Under the pieces are notes generated by a model. The model saw nothing but the letters and a program-made list of their open reading frames with translations, did not search any database and was not told the origin of the DNA. Of a stretch of 64,000 nucleotides of DNA, positions 49,373 to 58,954 are shown one piece after another. Where the stretch lies: IMG/VR virus record IMGVR_UViG_3300042691_055965, positions 62,001-126,000 of that record, one strand, 5' to 3'. The position numbers were made by a program, and so were the translations under genes. Every line of letters starts with the position of its first letter. Position 1 is the stretch's first letter.

Positions 49373-50251
49373 ATGGAAGAAAAATATTTAGTTTGGCATA
49401 TAGAAGGTGGTTTAGGAAAAAATATAGCAGCAACAGCATTATTAAAATCACTTAAAGAAAAATACAACGACAGAAAAATAGTTGTTGTCGCGTCATACCC
49501 TGAAATATTTTTAAATTTACCTTCTGTTTACAGAGTTTATAAGTTAGGTTCTACACAGTATTTTTATGACGATTATATCAAAGATAAAGATACCTTAGTG
49601 TTCAAACACGAACCGTATTACGAAACTCAACATATTTTGAAACAAAAACATTTGATTTCAAATTGGTGTAAAATAATGGGAATTGATTATAATTTTCAAT
49701 TACCAATTTTGAATTTTAATTTCATACAACAAAGAAATGTTTTAAATTGGGAAAGAAACAAACCTATACTTGTTATACAAACTAATGGTGGATTTTTACA
49801 AAGTAATCAACCATATTCATGGACAAGAGATTTACCATATAGTATTGCTTTACAAATAGTTGAAAAATACAAAGATTCACACCATATTGTGCAAGTTTGT
49901 AAACCAAGATCAATGAAGTTGCCTGACTGTGAAATAGTCGAACATCAAATTTCTTCTATGGAACTTTTCGGATTACTAATAGCGAGTGATAAAAGAATAC
50001 TTATTGATTCTTGTTTACAACATGCTGCTGCGGCTTTAAATCTACCTTCTACCGTTTTTTGGATTGGAACATCACCTGAAAACTTTGGTTATTCTTTACA
50101 TAACAATATTGTGGCAAAAAAACCATCAGGTACTACTAAATTAATTGATGCTTACTTATTTGATTATTCATTTGAAGGTATAAGCCACGAATGTCCATAC
50201 TATAGTTTGGATGAAATGTTTGATATCGAAAATGTTTTAGAATCCATATAA
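49373..50251 (+). CDS. GT9-like (heptosyltransferase-fold) glycosyltransferase
   Basis: GGLGKNI..T; IDSCLQHAAAAL..PSTV.W....P..FGY. Confidence 0.8.
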   Translation: MEEKYLVWHIEGGLGKNIAATALLKSLKEKYNDRKIVVVASYPEIFLNLPSVYRVYKLGSTQYFYDDYIKDKDTLVFKHEPYYETQHILKQKHLISNWCKIMGIDYNFQLPILNFNFIQQRNVLNWERNKPILVIQTNGGFLQSNQPYSWTRDLPYSIALQIVEKYKDSHHIVQVCKPRSMKLPDCEIVEHQISSMELFGLLIASDKRILIDSCLQHAAAALNLPSTVFWIGTSPENFGYSLHNNIVAKKPSGTTKLIDAYLFDYSFEGISHECPYYSLDEMFDIENVLESI

Positions 50252-50353
50252 AATATTTTTCTTTTTTTATTTACTTTTTTAACTGATTTTAAATTAATTT
50301 TCTTTCCCATCAACAATTACGTATAAAATAGATATTTATAGTAAAAAGAAAAA

Positions 50354-53300
50354 ATGGGAAAATTAATTTTAAGAAATAACGGTTTTGAAACTCAATTTAT
50401 AAATGGACTATCTTTTTCGGGGTTGTCCGCTCAAACTAACACCTATTTTTTAGGATTCGATCCGTTCACTAATAATTTAGAAGGATTAGATCCGAGTGGT
50501 AATACAATAAATTTTGAAGGCGGTGGTACAACATTTACAGGAGGTACAGTAAGTGGTGAAACATTCTTTCCTTCAGGTTTAACTGCATCAACTATTTCCG
50601 CAACAACATATCAAAATTTACCTTGTAATTCTGAATCTGTAACCTATTCTGAATTAGTTGATAATATAACGGGTGGGACTCTTTGTGAAGGAAAATATTA
50701 TTTAATAACAGATTACCAAACTTGTTACGATCAACCTGATTTTGATTATAATGGTAGCCCTATAACAACAGGTAATTACAAACAAGGTCCTGTTGAACCT
50801 ATTTTAGTTTTAGCAACAAGTGCAAACACAATCAGTGAGATTGCTTATCAACCATCTTACCCTAAAGATAGAATATTATATGACTGGACTTGGAATACAA
50901 CTGAGGTTACTGGTGGAGTTGCTTTTGGTAGAATCACTGAAAGAATTGATGAGTTTAATAACAGAACTGATTATGACCACAGAAATGTTTTATTTAAAAG
51001 ATATAAATTATATACTATTAGACCTGGACAACAATTAAATGGTTCAATAGAACTACAATCCGATGGTACTGTACTTGGTACAAATACATACTTTACGGGT
51101 TTAACTGTTGGTGATATAATTTATATGGATGGAAATTCTTTGTTCTACGAAATTACAGGAATTACCGATAATACTACTATGAATGTTTCGGGTGATACTA
51201 TATCATCGTTTGGATGTTGTTCATCTTTCTATAAGGCAATAGAAGAAACAAACGGAACGGGATACTTCAGTTTCAAACAAACAAATGTATATAGTGATGA
51301 TTTTGCTGAATACACAACTTTTGGTGATGCACTTTCAAACAGTTATGCAAAAAATAATTACATAGGAAATTATGCAAACAACTATCAAAATGCAGGTTCA
51401 GGAACTTTCTTATTATCTAACAATGTATTTTTAGAAGGTCAATACGAAAGTAATAAATTTGGTGATTATTGTTATAATAATACTTTTGGTACTGATAACC
51501 AAAACAACGTTTGGGGGGACTATTGTTATGAAAACGTATCAACAAATGATATTGATGATAATTTCATCGGTCATTATTTTTATAGAAATTTATTAAATGT
51601 CAATCTAATAAACAATCAGATTGGTAACTATTTTTATAATAATCAATTATTAGCGGAAAATAATGATTCTTTTGATAGTAACATTATTGGTAATAATTTC
51701 AATAACAATACCATTTACTCTTGGTTTTATAAAAATGAAATATTAGACGAATTTAATAATAATACTATCGGAGACTTTGGTAACTTGACTGACTTCGAAT
51801 TTTATAGGAATTATATCAGAAATAACTTCAATAATAATACTATACGACAAACATTCCAAAATAATCAAATAGGTACAAACTATCAAAATAACACAATTAA
51901 TGGAGAATTTGTTGGTAATACAATATTAAATGGATTTAATAATAACACAGTAGGTGCATATTTCAATCTTAACGAAATTGGAAACGGATTTAATCAAAAC
52001 GTAGTAAACGACAGTTTTTATCAAAATTCAACAAAATATTATTTTCGTAGTAATCGAGTGAGTAACTCCTTTTTTTCTAACAATATTGGTGAGTACTTCG
52101 AAAGTAATAAACCGTCCAATTTCACTCTTTCAAGTTGGTTTGATTTGAGTACTGTAACATCAAGAACTTTTGACGTTTTCAATCAAGTTGTAGGTGGAGG
52201 ACAAATAGGACGTAAAGTATTAGGCAAAGAACTTGTTATGCAAGTTGTACCAACTTCACAATATTTTAAAATTAAAATTACCCAATGGACACAAAACGGT
52301 AATGGTGGTGGGTTTCAGTGGGAAAGAACTGAAATAGATTCATCAGGAAATAATATCGGTCCAACAATTTATTTTACTAAAACAAATAATGGTTCTGAAG
52401 TGGATGTGATAGTCCCTGGGGTTGTTGAAATCACTAGAAGTAATCAAAATGGTATCTATAACACTGTTACAGAAGTATCTTGGAATGGAGGTATATCACC
52501 AAGTGGGACAACATGGAATTCAATATATACACAACCAAATAACGGTGAAAGATTTGCATATAACAAAATTGGTAACAATTTTTACAACAACATAATTGGA
52601 AACGATTTTGGTTTTGGTGGTGGTACACCTTATGGTAATGTAATTTTAGATCGTTTTGAGTTCAACGAAGTTGGGGCGTTTATGTACAATAATAACATAG
52701 GTAATTATTATACAAATAATTTAGTTGGTGATTATTTTGAAAACAACACAATTAAAAATTATTTTATAGGAAACACAATTGGTGATGGATTTGAAAGTAA
52801 TACAATTGGTGACTATTTTGGACAAAATGGAGGTAACATTCAAAACACAATTATTAATGATTTCAAATTTAACAAGATAGGAAATTATTTTGGTAACGAT
52901 GGAACAAATACTGACGGAGGAAATGTAATCAATAACGGTTTTCAAAACAATACAATCGGGGATAATTTTTACTTCAACGCATGTGATGAAAATTTTTCTA
53001 ACAACGTAATAGGTAATTCATTTATTTTTAATACTATCCTGACTGGATTTTCAGACAACCAAATCGGCAACGTTTATGTTACAAACGATTTAGGTAATAA
53101 TTTTTCAAGTAACAAAATCGGAAATTATTTTGCATTTTCAACTATTGGAAATAGTTTTCAAAAAAATGTGGTAGGTGATTTTTTTGGAAATGCAAATGGC
53201 GATAACCAAATTGGTGATGATTTTACAAACAATCAAATTGGAAATAATTTTGGTAATGATGGTACAAACAATTTCGGAGGAAATACCGTTGGTAGTGGAT

Positions 53301-53473
53301 TTACTAAAAATATAATTACATCGACACAAGTATATGGTTATGACTTTACTATGTCTACTTATGTATATGATAGTAACATGAACAAAAACATTTTCGATAG
53401 ACAAGACGGAACACCAAGATTATCATATTATGATAATTCAGATGTATTAAATATAACAAATATAGATAATTAA
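50354..53473 (+). CDS. Tail spike/fibre with an Asn-rich beta-helix
   Basis: GKYYLITDYQT, G.I..R.D..NN..DYD.RN..F.R, ~10-aa FxNNxIGxx repeats; late motif at 50333-50340. Confidence 0.72.
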   Translation: MGKLILRNNGFETQFINGLSFSGLSAQTNTYFLGFDPFTNNLEGLDPSGNTINFEGGGTTFTGGTVSGETFFPSGLTASTISATTYQNLPCNSESVTYSELVDNITGGTLCEGKYYLITDYQTCYDQPDFDYNGSPITTGNYKQGPVEPILVLATSANTISEIAYQPSYPKDRILYDWTWNTTEVTGGVAFGRITERIDEFNNRTDYDHRNVLFKRYKLYTIRPGQQLNGSIELQSDGTVLGTNTYFTGLTVGDIIYMDGNSLFYEITGITDNTTMNVSGDTISSFGCCSSFYKAIEETNGTGYFSFKQTNVYSDDFAEYTTFGDALSNSYAKNNYIGNYANNYQNAGSGTFLLSNNVFLEGQYESNKFGDYCYNNTFGTDNQNNVWGDYCYENVSTNDIDDNFIGHYFYRNLLNVNLINNQIGNYFYNNQLLAENNDSFDSNIIGNNFNNNTIYSWFYKNEILDEFNNNTIGDFGNLTDFEFYRNYIRNNFNNNTIRQTFQNNQIGTNYQNNTINGEFVGNTILNGFNNNTVGAYFNLNEIGNGFNQNVVNDSFYQNSTKYYFRSNRVSNSFFSNNIGEYFESNKPSNFTLSSWFDLSTVTSRTFDVFNQVVGGGQIGRKVLGKELVMQVVPTSQYFKIKITQWTQNGNGGGFQWERTEIDSSGNNIGPTIYFTKTNNGSEVDVIVPGVVEITRSNQNGIYNTVTEVSWNGGISPSGTTWNSIYTQPNNGERFAYNKIGNNFYNNIIGNDFGFGGGTPYGNVILDRFEFNEVGAFMYNNNIGNYYTNNLVGDYFENNTIKNYFIGNTIGDGFESNTIGDYFGQNGGNIQNTIINDFKFNKIGNYFGNDGTNTDGGNVINNGFQNNTIGDNFYFNACDENFSNNVIGNSFIFNTILTGFSDNQIGNVYVTNDLGNNFSSNKIGNYFAFSTIGNSFQKNVVGDFFGNANGDNQIGDDFTNNQIGNNFGNDGTNNFGGNTVGSGFTKNIITSTQVYGYDFTMSTYVYDSNMNKNIFDRQDGTPRLSYYDNSDVLNITNIDN

Positions 53474-53475
53474 TT

Positions 53476-54042
53476 ATGGCAAATTTTATAGTACAAAATT
53501 GTATAAATCCTAGTGAAACTTATGTTGTTGCGGAACAAAAAGAAACTTTTAACATTGGAGGGGTTATTTTAGTTGCCGGAAATGGTTTTGACTTGGGGTG
53601 TTTTTCTATTATTGAACAAACAGACTTACAACCAACCGCTTTCGAAGGAAGTCAAGTATTTCCCGATTGCATAGAATGTTTTGGTGTTTTCAACCCTTCA
53701 TTTTCTTTTACAGAATGTGAATTTCCAGAAAACATTTACAAAATAAATTCTACTAATTTTTTAACTTTACCTACAATTAATAAAGTTTATCAAATGTTAA
53801 TTGATGAAGATGTTGAACCAAAATGTTACGAATTTACAGAACAAAATTTTAATAATCCTGGAAGTTCTACTTTTTCAGGTATACCTGAAGAATTCAATAC
53901 TTGTGAAGAATGTAGTCCTTCACCTTTTGATTTGGCTTTAGAAGAAAGAAATAACAATGCGGGGTTTCAACAAAAACAACAACTTCTTAGAGATAACTAT
54001 AATGAATATATAAACAATAGAACTATAAATGTTCCTAAATAA
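53476..54042 (+). CDS. Cys-rich CxxC-module protein (paralogue of 12087-12713)
   Basis: MANFIVQNC versus MANYIVEGC; DCIEC and TCEEC modules. Confidence 0.6.
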   Translation: MANFIVQNCINPSETYVVAEQKETFNIGGVILVAGNGFDLGCFSIIEQTDLQPTAFEGSQVFPDCIECFGVFNPSFSFTECEFPENIYKINSTNFLTLPTINKVYQMLIDEDVEPKCYEFTEQNFNNPGSSTFSGIPEEFNTCEECSPSPFDLALEERNNNAGFQQKQQLLRDNYNEYINNRTINVPK

Positions 54043-54053
54043 AATTAAAAAAA

Positions 54054-55013
54054 ATGGCAACAAAATATATAGTAGATAACGTATCGGGACAAACAATAAC
54101 AGGTGATATTACCATAAATGGTAATTTGAGTGTGACTGGTAGTACAACAAGTGGTGTAGCAACTTACAAGGCACTTTTAACTCAAACTGCTCCAATATCA
54201 GGTTTTAATTTAAACACATTTAACCTTTCGTTAATTGTTGGTGAAACTTACACAATAAATACATACAATAACGGTGACGATTTTTCAAATGTTGCTGATG
54301 TCCAAAGTGGAACAATAAATCAAGCTGGTTGTGTTTTTATTGCAACGGGGTGTTGTCCAAACGATTGGTCTAGTAATTCTGAATTAATATCTTCAGGGAA
54401 TTTAGTAGTCGACGTTATAGAAAATAGTTTAGGTTATGATCTCGAATGGAGTATGTTTTTTATACCAGGATTTTATATAGCATATCCTCAAAATATTGGA
54501 CCGAAATATAACGGTTTTCCAAGGAGAAAGGTTTCAGTTGCAACTCAACAAACATTAATTGGGTTGGCGTTAGATTTGGATTATGTAAAATATTATTCCC
54601 AACCAACTTCATTTAACTCTTTAGATGATATTATTATTTTTCAGGCTTGGAACTCAGACACCCAACTTTCTGTTGATGATACTTTATTTTACACTCCCAT
54701 TGAAATAAATATTAAACAAGATTTGGATACAACCCCTTTAACAATTAATGGTTCTGTCACAGTTCCTTATTCATTTAGTTATCCAAGTATACAATTGAAT
54801 TGTAACGGAAATTATGTTGATGTTTTTGTTGGTGATAATATCACAGTCAATGATTTACCAGAATTGGTAAATGTTTTAAATAGTAATATTCAAACAAGTT
54901 TCTTGGGGACATATTCTGAAGACGGTACTGACATTTATTTGACAATACCAACAAATCTTAAAAATAGATTCTGTTCAAGTGGAACATTAACTTTTGAGGT
55001 ATACAGCGATTAA
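54054..55013 (+). CDS. Putative tail-associated structural protein
   Basis: ITGDITINGNLSVTG; YKALLTQT; G.TYTI....DDFSN module. Confidence 0.55.
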   Translation: MATKYIVDNVSGQTITGDITINGNLSVTGSTTSGVATYKALLTQTAPISGFNLNTFNLSLIVGETYTINTYNNGDDFSNVADVQSGTINQAGCVFIATGCCPNDWSSNSELISSGNLVVDVIENSLGYDLEWSMFFIPGFYIAYPQNIGPKYNGFPRRKVSVATQQTLIGLALDLDYVKYYSQPTSFNSLDDIIIFQAWNSDTQLSVDDTLFYTPIEINIKQDLDTTPLTINGSVTVPYSFSYPSIQLNCNGNYVDVFVGDNITVNDLPELVNVLNSNIQTSFLGTYSEDGTDIYLTIPTNLKNRFCSSGTLTFEVYSD

Positions 55014-55024
55014 AAATAAGAAAT

Positions 55025-55267
55025 ATGGTAAAAATAATTAAAAGAACAACAGACAATAAATTTTTACAATCATTAGAATTGGATACTTGGGTGGATAACT
55101 CTAACGATGCATTAATTATGACATTTAAAGAATGTGAAACAATAAAAGAAAATCTTTTAAATACATATTCCCAAGAACAGATAAAAGAAATGATAGATTA
55201 CTCAAAAAGTAAACCTGTTTCAAAAGAAGAAAGAAAAGAACTTTTAAATTTATTGAAAAACAAATAA
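55025..55267 (+). CDS. Hypothetical protein
   Basis: ORF within the operon. Confidence 0.55.
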   Translation: MVKIIKRTTDNKFLQSLELDTWVDNSNDALIMTFKECETIKENLLNTYSQEQIKEMIDYSKSKPVSKEERKELLNLLKNK

Positions 55268-55277
55268 CAAAAAATAA

Positions 55278-55631
55278 ATGGAATTTTTTATTCAACAAGG
55301 AGCTTCTTTGCCAATTTTAAAAATGGATGTAGTAAAAGATGGTAGAACAGACGCTGCAAATAATTTCTATTCTGTCTTATATAATTCAAACATAAGATTT
55401 TCAATGAAGAATATTGACAATGGTATTCAGAAAATCTTCATGAATCCAGCCTATGTTGTACAAAAGTTTAATATCCAACCAAACGCACCAAAAGAATACT
55501 ATATTTACTACAAATGGAATGCAAATGATACTAAAATAAAAGGAAGATACGTTGGTGAATTTTGTATACTGTTACCTAACGGAGAACTAATATCACCAAT
55601 TAGAGAAAATCTTTATATCAATATTGTTTGA
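55278..55631 (+). CDS. BppU-like baseplate/fibre-anchoring Ig domain protein
   Basis: FFIQQG.SLP.L...YY.W...DT...G.Y.GEF. Confidence 0.55.
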   Translation: MEFFIQQGASLPILKMDVVKDGRTDAANNFYSVLYNSNIRFSMKNIDNGIQKIFMNPAYVVQKFNIQPNAPKEYYIYYKWNANDTKIKGRYVGEFCILLPNGELISPIRENLYINIV

Positions 55632-55658
55632 CAAGAGTAAGAATTAATCTTATATTTA
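55627..55658 (+). promoter_or_regulatory. Bacteroidota sigma70-type promoter for the DNA polymerase gene
   Basis: TTTG (55627-55630), 20-nt spacer, TATATTTA (55651-55658); consensus is TTTG-N19-21-TAnnTTTG. Confidence 0.7.
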
Positions 55659-55717
55659 AGACGAAGGTAAATGTTACCCATGTGTAACAGCTAATAGACC
55701 AAACTTAAAATATATTT

Positions 55718-58618
55718 ATGGTAGCACAAGAAGAAATCGAACGCTTTTTATTAGGTGAAGACGAAGAAAAATATATCGTATCTATCGAATACGATTACAA
55801 AACATCCAAAATTTTTAAAGTAATACAGGACCCTGTAAAAGGTAAACTTTTACGAATGGATACTTTTATTCCGTTTGCTTGGGTTGGTGATTTAAGAGGT
55901 AAAAATTTTTATAAAAATAATAAAGATGCACAAAAACGTGCAATGTCTGAAAATGGTATCATCATTGAAAAACTTCAAGATCACGGTGATGAAAGACTTA
56001 AAACGGGTTTAACATTTATTGTTAAAACCACAAAAACATATTCTAACCTTATAAACTTTTTCAAAGGTGGTGGGCTTGATCCTTGGGGGAGGGACAATTC
56101 AGATTGTATTACTGTTTTATCTCCAGTGGAACAATACTTAATTCAAAAAAACAAAAGACTTTTTAAAGGGTTTGAAGAATACGATGAAATCCATAGATTC
56201 GTATTCGATATTGAAACAACGGGACTTGATCCGAAATCAAGTAGTATATTCCTTATTGGAATGAAAGACAATCGTGGTTTTTTGAAATTATTATCTGCAC
56301 AAAATCCTGATGAAGAAAGAAAGATGATTGTCGAATTTTTCAAAACAATCGACGAATTAAAACCTTCACTTATTGGTGGTTACAACTCAGCATTCTTTGA
56401 CTTTCCTTTTATTCTAAAAAGAGCAGAAATATTAAATCTAAACATTAAAAAAATAACGAAAACATTAAACCCCGATTATACTTTAAAACAAAAAGAAGGA
56501 ATATTGAAATTGGCAAATGAAATGGAACCCTATACACAAACACAAATGTGGGGTTACAACATTATAGATATAGCACACGCAGTAAGAAGGGCACAAGCAA
56601 TCAATTCAGATATTAAAAGTTGGTCTCTGAAGTATATTACCAAATTTATTGAAGCCGAAAAACAAAATCGTGTTTATGTTGAAGGAGATAAGATTGGTAA
56701 AATTTATTTTGACAATGAGGATTATTGGATGAATAAAGAAAACGGAGCCTACAAAAAAGTTGGTTTGGATGAAAATATAGATGAAGTTTGTGGTAGAAGA
56801 ACTGATGTCTATGATAAAACAACAGGTTCCAAAATAATTGAACAATACTTGGACGATGACTTGTATGAAACAATGATTGTTGACGAGCAATTTAATCAAG
56901 CAAATTTCTTGTTGTCAAAACTTGTACCAACAACATACGAACGTCTTTCTACTATGGGTACGGCAACTCTTTGGAAAATGATTATGTGTGCTTGGTCATA
57001 CAAAAACAATTTGGCATTACCTAAAAAGAAAGAAAAACGTAAATTTACGGGAGGACTTTCTAGGTTGGTTCAGGTTGGGTATTCAAGAAACGTATTAAAA
57101 CTTGACTACTCTTCACTATACCCTTCCATTCAGTTGGTACATGATGTGTTTCCTGCTTGTGATGTTACAGGTGCAATGAAAAGTATGTTAAAGTATTTCC
57201 GTGATACTCGTATTAAATATAAAAACTTGGCGGGGGAATACAAATCAATAGATTTAAAAGCATCAATTTCATACGATAGAAAACAATTACCAATTAAAAT
57301 CTTTATCAACGCATTCTTTGGTTCGTTATCTGCTCCTCACGTATTTCCTTGGGGTGATATTGATATGGGTGAACAGATTACTTGTACAGGTAGACAGTAT
57401 CTTCGTCAGATGATTATGTACTTTATGAAACGTGGATATGTTCCATTGGTGATGGACACGGATGGTGTAAACTTCGAAACCCCTGAAGATAGAGAAAACT
57501 ATAAGTACATCGGTAAAGGACTTAATGGTTTAGTTAAAGAAGGTAAAGAATATGTGGGTGCTGAAGCGGATGTTGCAGAATACAATGACTTATTTATGCG
57601 AAATGAAATGGGTCTTGATATTGATGGTGTATGGCCGGCAACAATCAACGTGGCACGTAAAAACTATGCACTTCTTACAGATAAAGGTAAAGTTAAACTT
57701 ACTGGTAACTCTATTAAGTCTAAAAAACTTCAAACATATGTTGCAGAGTTTTTGGATAAAGGATTAAGAATGTTACTTGATGGTAAAGGTGGTGAGTTTT
57801 TAGATTTTTATTATGAGTATGTAAGTAAAATTTATAATAAAAAAATTCCGTTAGCAAAAATAGCAAACAAATCCCGTGTTAAACAATCAATAGATGATTA
57901 TAAAGTACATATTACAAAAACAACAAAGGCGGGAAGTTTAATGTCTAGACAGGCACATATGGAACTTTTAATGAATGCAGGAAAAAAACCAGGTTTAGGA
58001 GATACTATCTATTATGTTAATAATGGAGAAAAGAAATCACACGGTGATGTTCAGAAAAAAACCACAAAAATGACAAAAAAACAAATAGAAGATTATATGA
58101 ATATTCATGGAGAGGTTCCTCCTGAAATGTTATCTAAAAGTGAAGTGATTCTAAATTGTTATTTGATTGATGAAAAAGAAATTGAAAACAATCCTGATTT
58201 ATTAGGTGAGTATAATGTTCCAAGATACTTGGCGGCATTTAACAAAAGAATTGAGCCGTTACTTGTTGTTTATAGTCCTGATATTAGAAAAGATATTTTA
58301 ATTGAAGATCCTAAAGATCAACCAATTTTTACAAAGTCACAAACTGTATTGGGTAGAGGATTTCCGATGAAAGAAAAGGATCAAGACAATTTAGATGAGG
58401 TGTTAACGCTATCTGATATGGAAATTAAATTTTGGCAGTCAGTTGGAATCGATCCGTACTATATGTACATAGATGATACCATTAATTTAGTTGATGAAAG
58501 TAGAGTTAAAAATAATAAAGAGTTGATGGAAAAAGAAATAAAAGTGTCAAAGGTTGATGAAGATGAATTTTTTGAGTTTGATACTGAAGCGGATTTAACT
58601 TCTTTAATTTTTGATTAA
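55718..58618 (+). CDS. Family B DNA polymerase
   Basis: ExoI FDIET, ExoII YN...FD.PFI, motif A DYSSLYPS, motif B K...NAFFG, motif C DTDG, KNYA. Confidence 0.93.
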   Translation: MVAQEEIERFLLGEDEEKYIVSIEYDYKTSKIFKVIQDPVKGKLLRMDTFIPFAWVGDLRGKNFYKNNKDAQKRAMSENGIIIEKLQDHGDERLKTGLTFIVKTTKTYSNLINFFKGGGLDPWGRDNSDCITVLSPVEQYLIQKNKRLFKGFEEYDEIHRFVFDIETTGLDPKSSSIFLIGMKDNRGFLKLLSAQNPDEERKMIVEFFKTIDELKPSLIGGYNSAFFDFPFILKRAEILNLNIKKITKTLNPDYTLKQKEGILKLANEMEPYTQTQMWGYNIIDIAHAVRRAQAINSDIKSWSLKYITKFIEAEKQNRVYVEGDKIGKIYFDNEDYWMNKENGAYKKVGLDENIDEVCGRRTDVYDKTTGSKIIEQYLDDDLYETMIVDEQFNQANFLLSKLVPTTYERLSTMGTATLWKMIMCAWSYKNNLALPKKKEKRKFTGGLSRLVQVGYSRNVLKLDYSSLYPSIQLVHDVFPACDVTGAMKSMLKYFRDTRIKYKNLAGEYKSIDLKASISYDRKQLPIKIFINAFFGSLSAPHVFPWGDIDMGEQITCTGRQYLRQMIMYFMKRGYVPLVMDTDGVNFETPEDRENYKYIGKGLNGLVKEGKEYVGAEADVAEYNDLFMRNEMGLDIDGVWPATINVARKNYALLTDKGKVKLTGNSIKSKKLQTYVAEFLDKGLRMLLDGKGGEFLDFYYEYVSKIYNKKIPLAKIANKSRVKQSIDDYKVHITKTTKAGSLMSRQAHMELLMNAGKKPGLGDTIYYVNNGEKKSHGDVQKKTTKMTKKQIEDYMNIHGEVPPEMLSKSEVILNCYLIDEKEIENNPDLLGEYNVPRYLAAFNKRIEPLLVVYSPDIRKDILIEDPKDQPIFTKSQTVLGRGFPMKEKDQDNLDEVLTLSDMEIKFWQSVGIDPYYMYIDDTINLVDESRVKNNKELMEKEIKVSKVDEDEFFEFDTEADLTSLIFD

Positions 58619-58947
58619 TCCATTTTCAAACCATCACTACTTAGTATGTACCAAAAATCACCAATTAGTTTGAATTCTACACATGCTCCTTTATTAAGTT
58701 CTATGATGTCAAACTCTTCATCTATTTTTTTGTCACTTGTGATGTTAATTACCGTAAGTGCTTTTACGATAACGTGGTCAGATGTTTTAGAATCCAAATA
58801 AAGGTTACATTCTGAAATACCTTTTACTACTATGAATTTTTCACCATTAGTATCATATTGACTATTACTTACAATTACAGATTCAGAAGATAAAGTTTCT
58901 TTTCCGTTTACAGTTCTTGTAATAGGTGTTGATTTGAATATTGCCAT
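58615..58947 (-). CDS. Small beta-rich protein downstream of the neck gene
   Basis: Start revised to MAIFKS (58947); C-terminal WYILSSDG. Confidence 0.55.
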   Translation of the reverse strand: MAIFKSTPITRTVNGKETLSSESVIVSNSQYDTNGEKFIVVKGISECNLYLDSKTSDHVIVKALTVINITSDKKIDEEFDIIELNKGACVEFKLIGDFWYILSSDGLKMD

Positions 58948-58954
58948 AAAGTTT

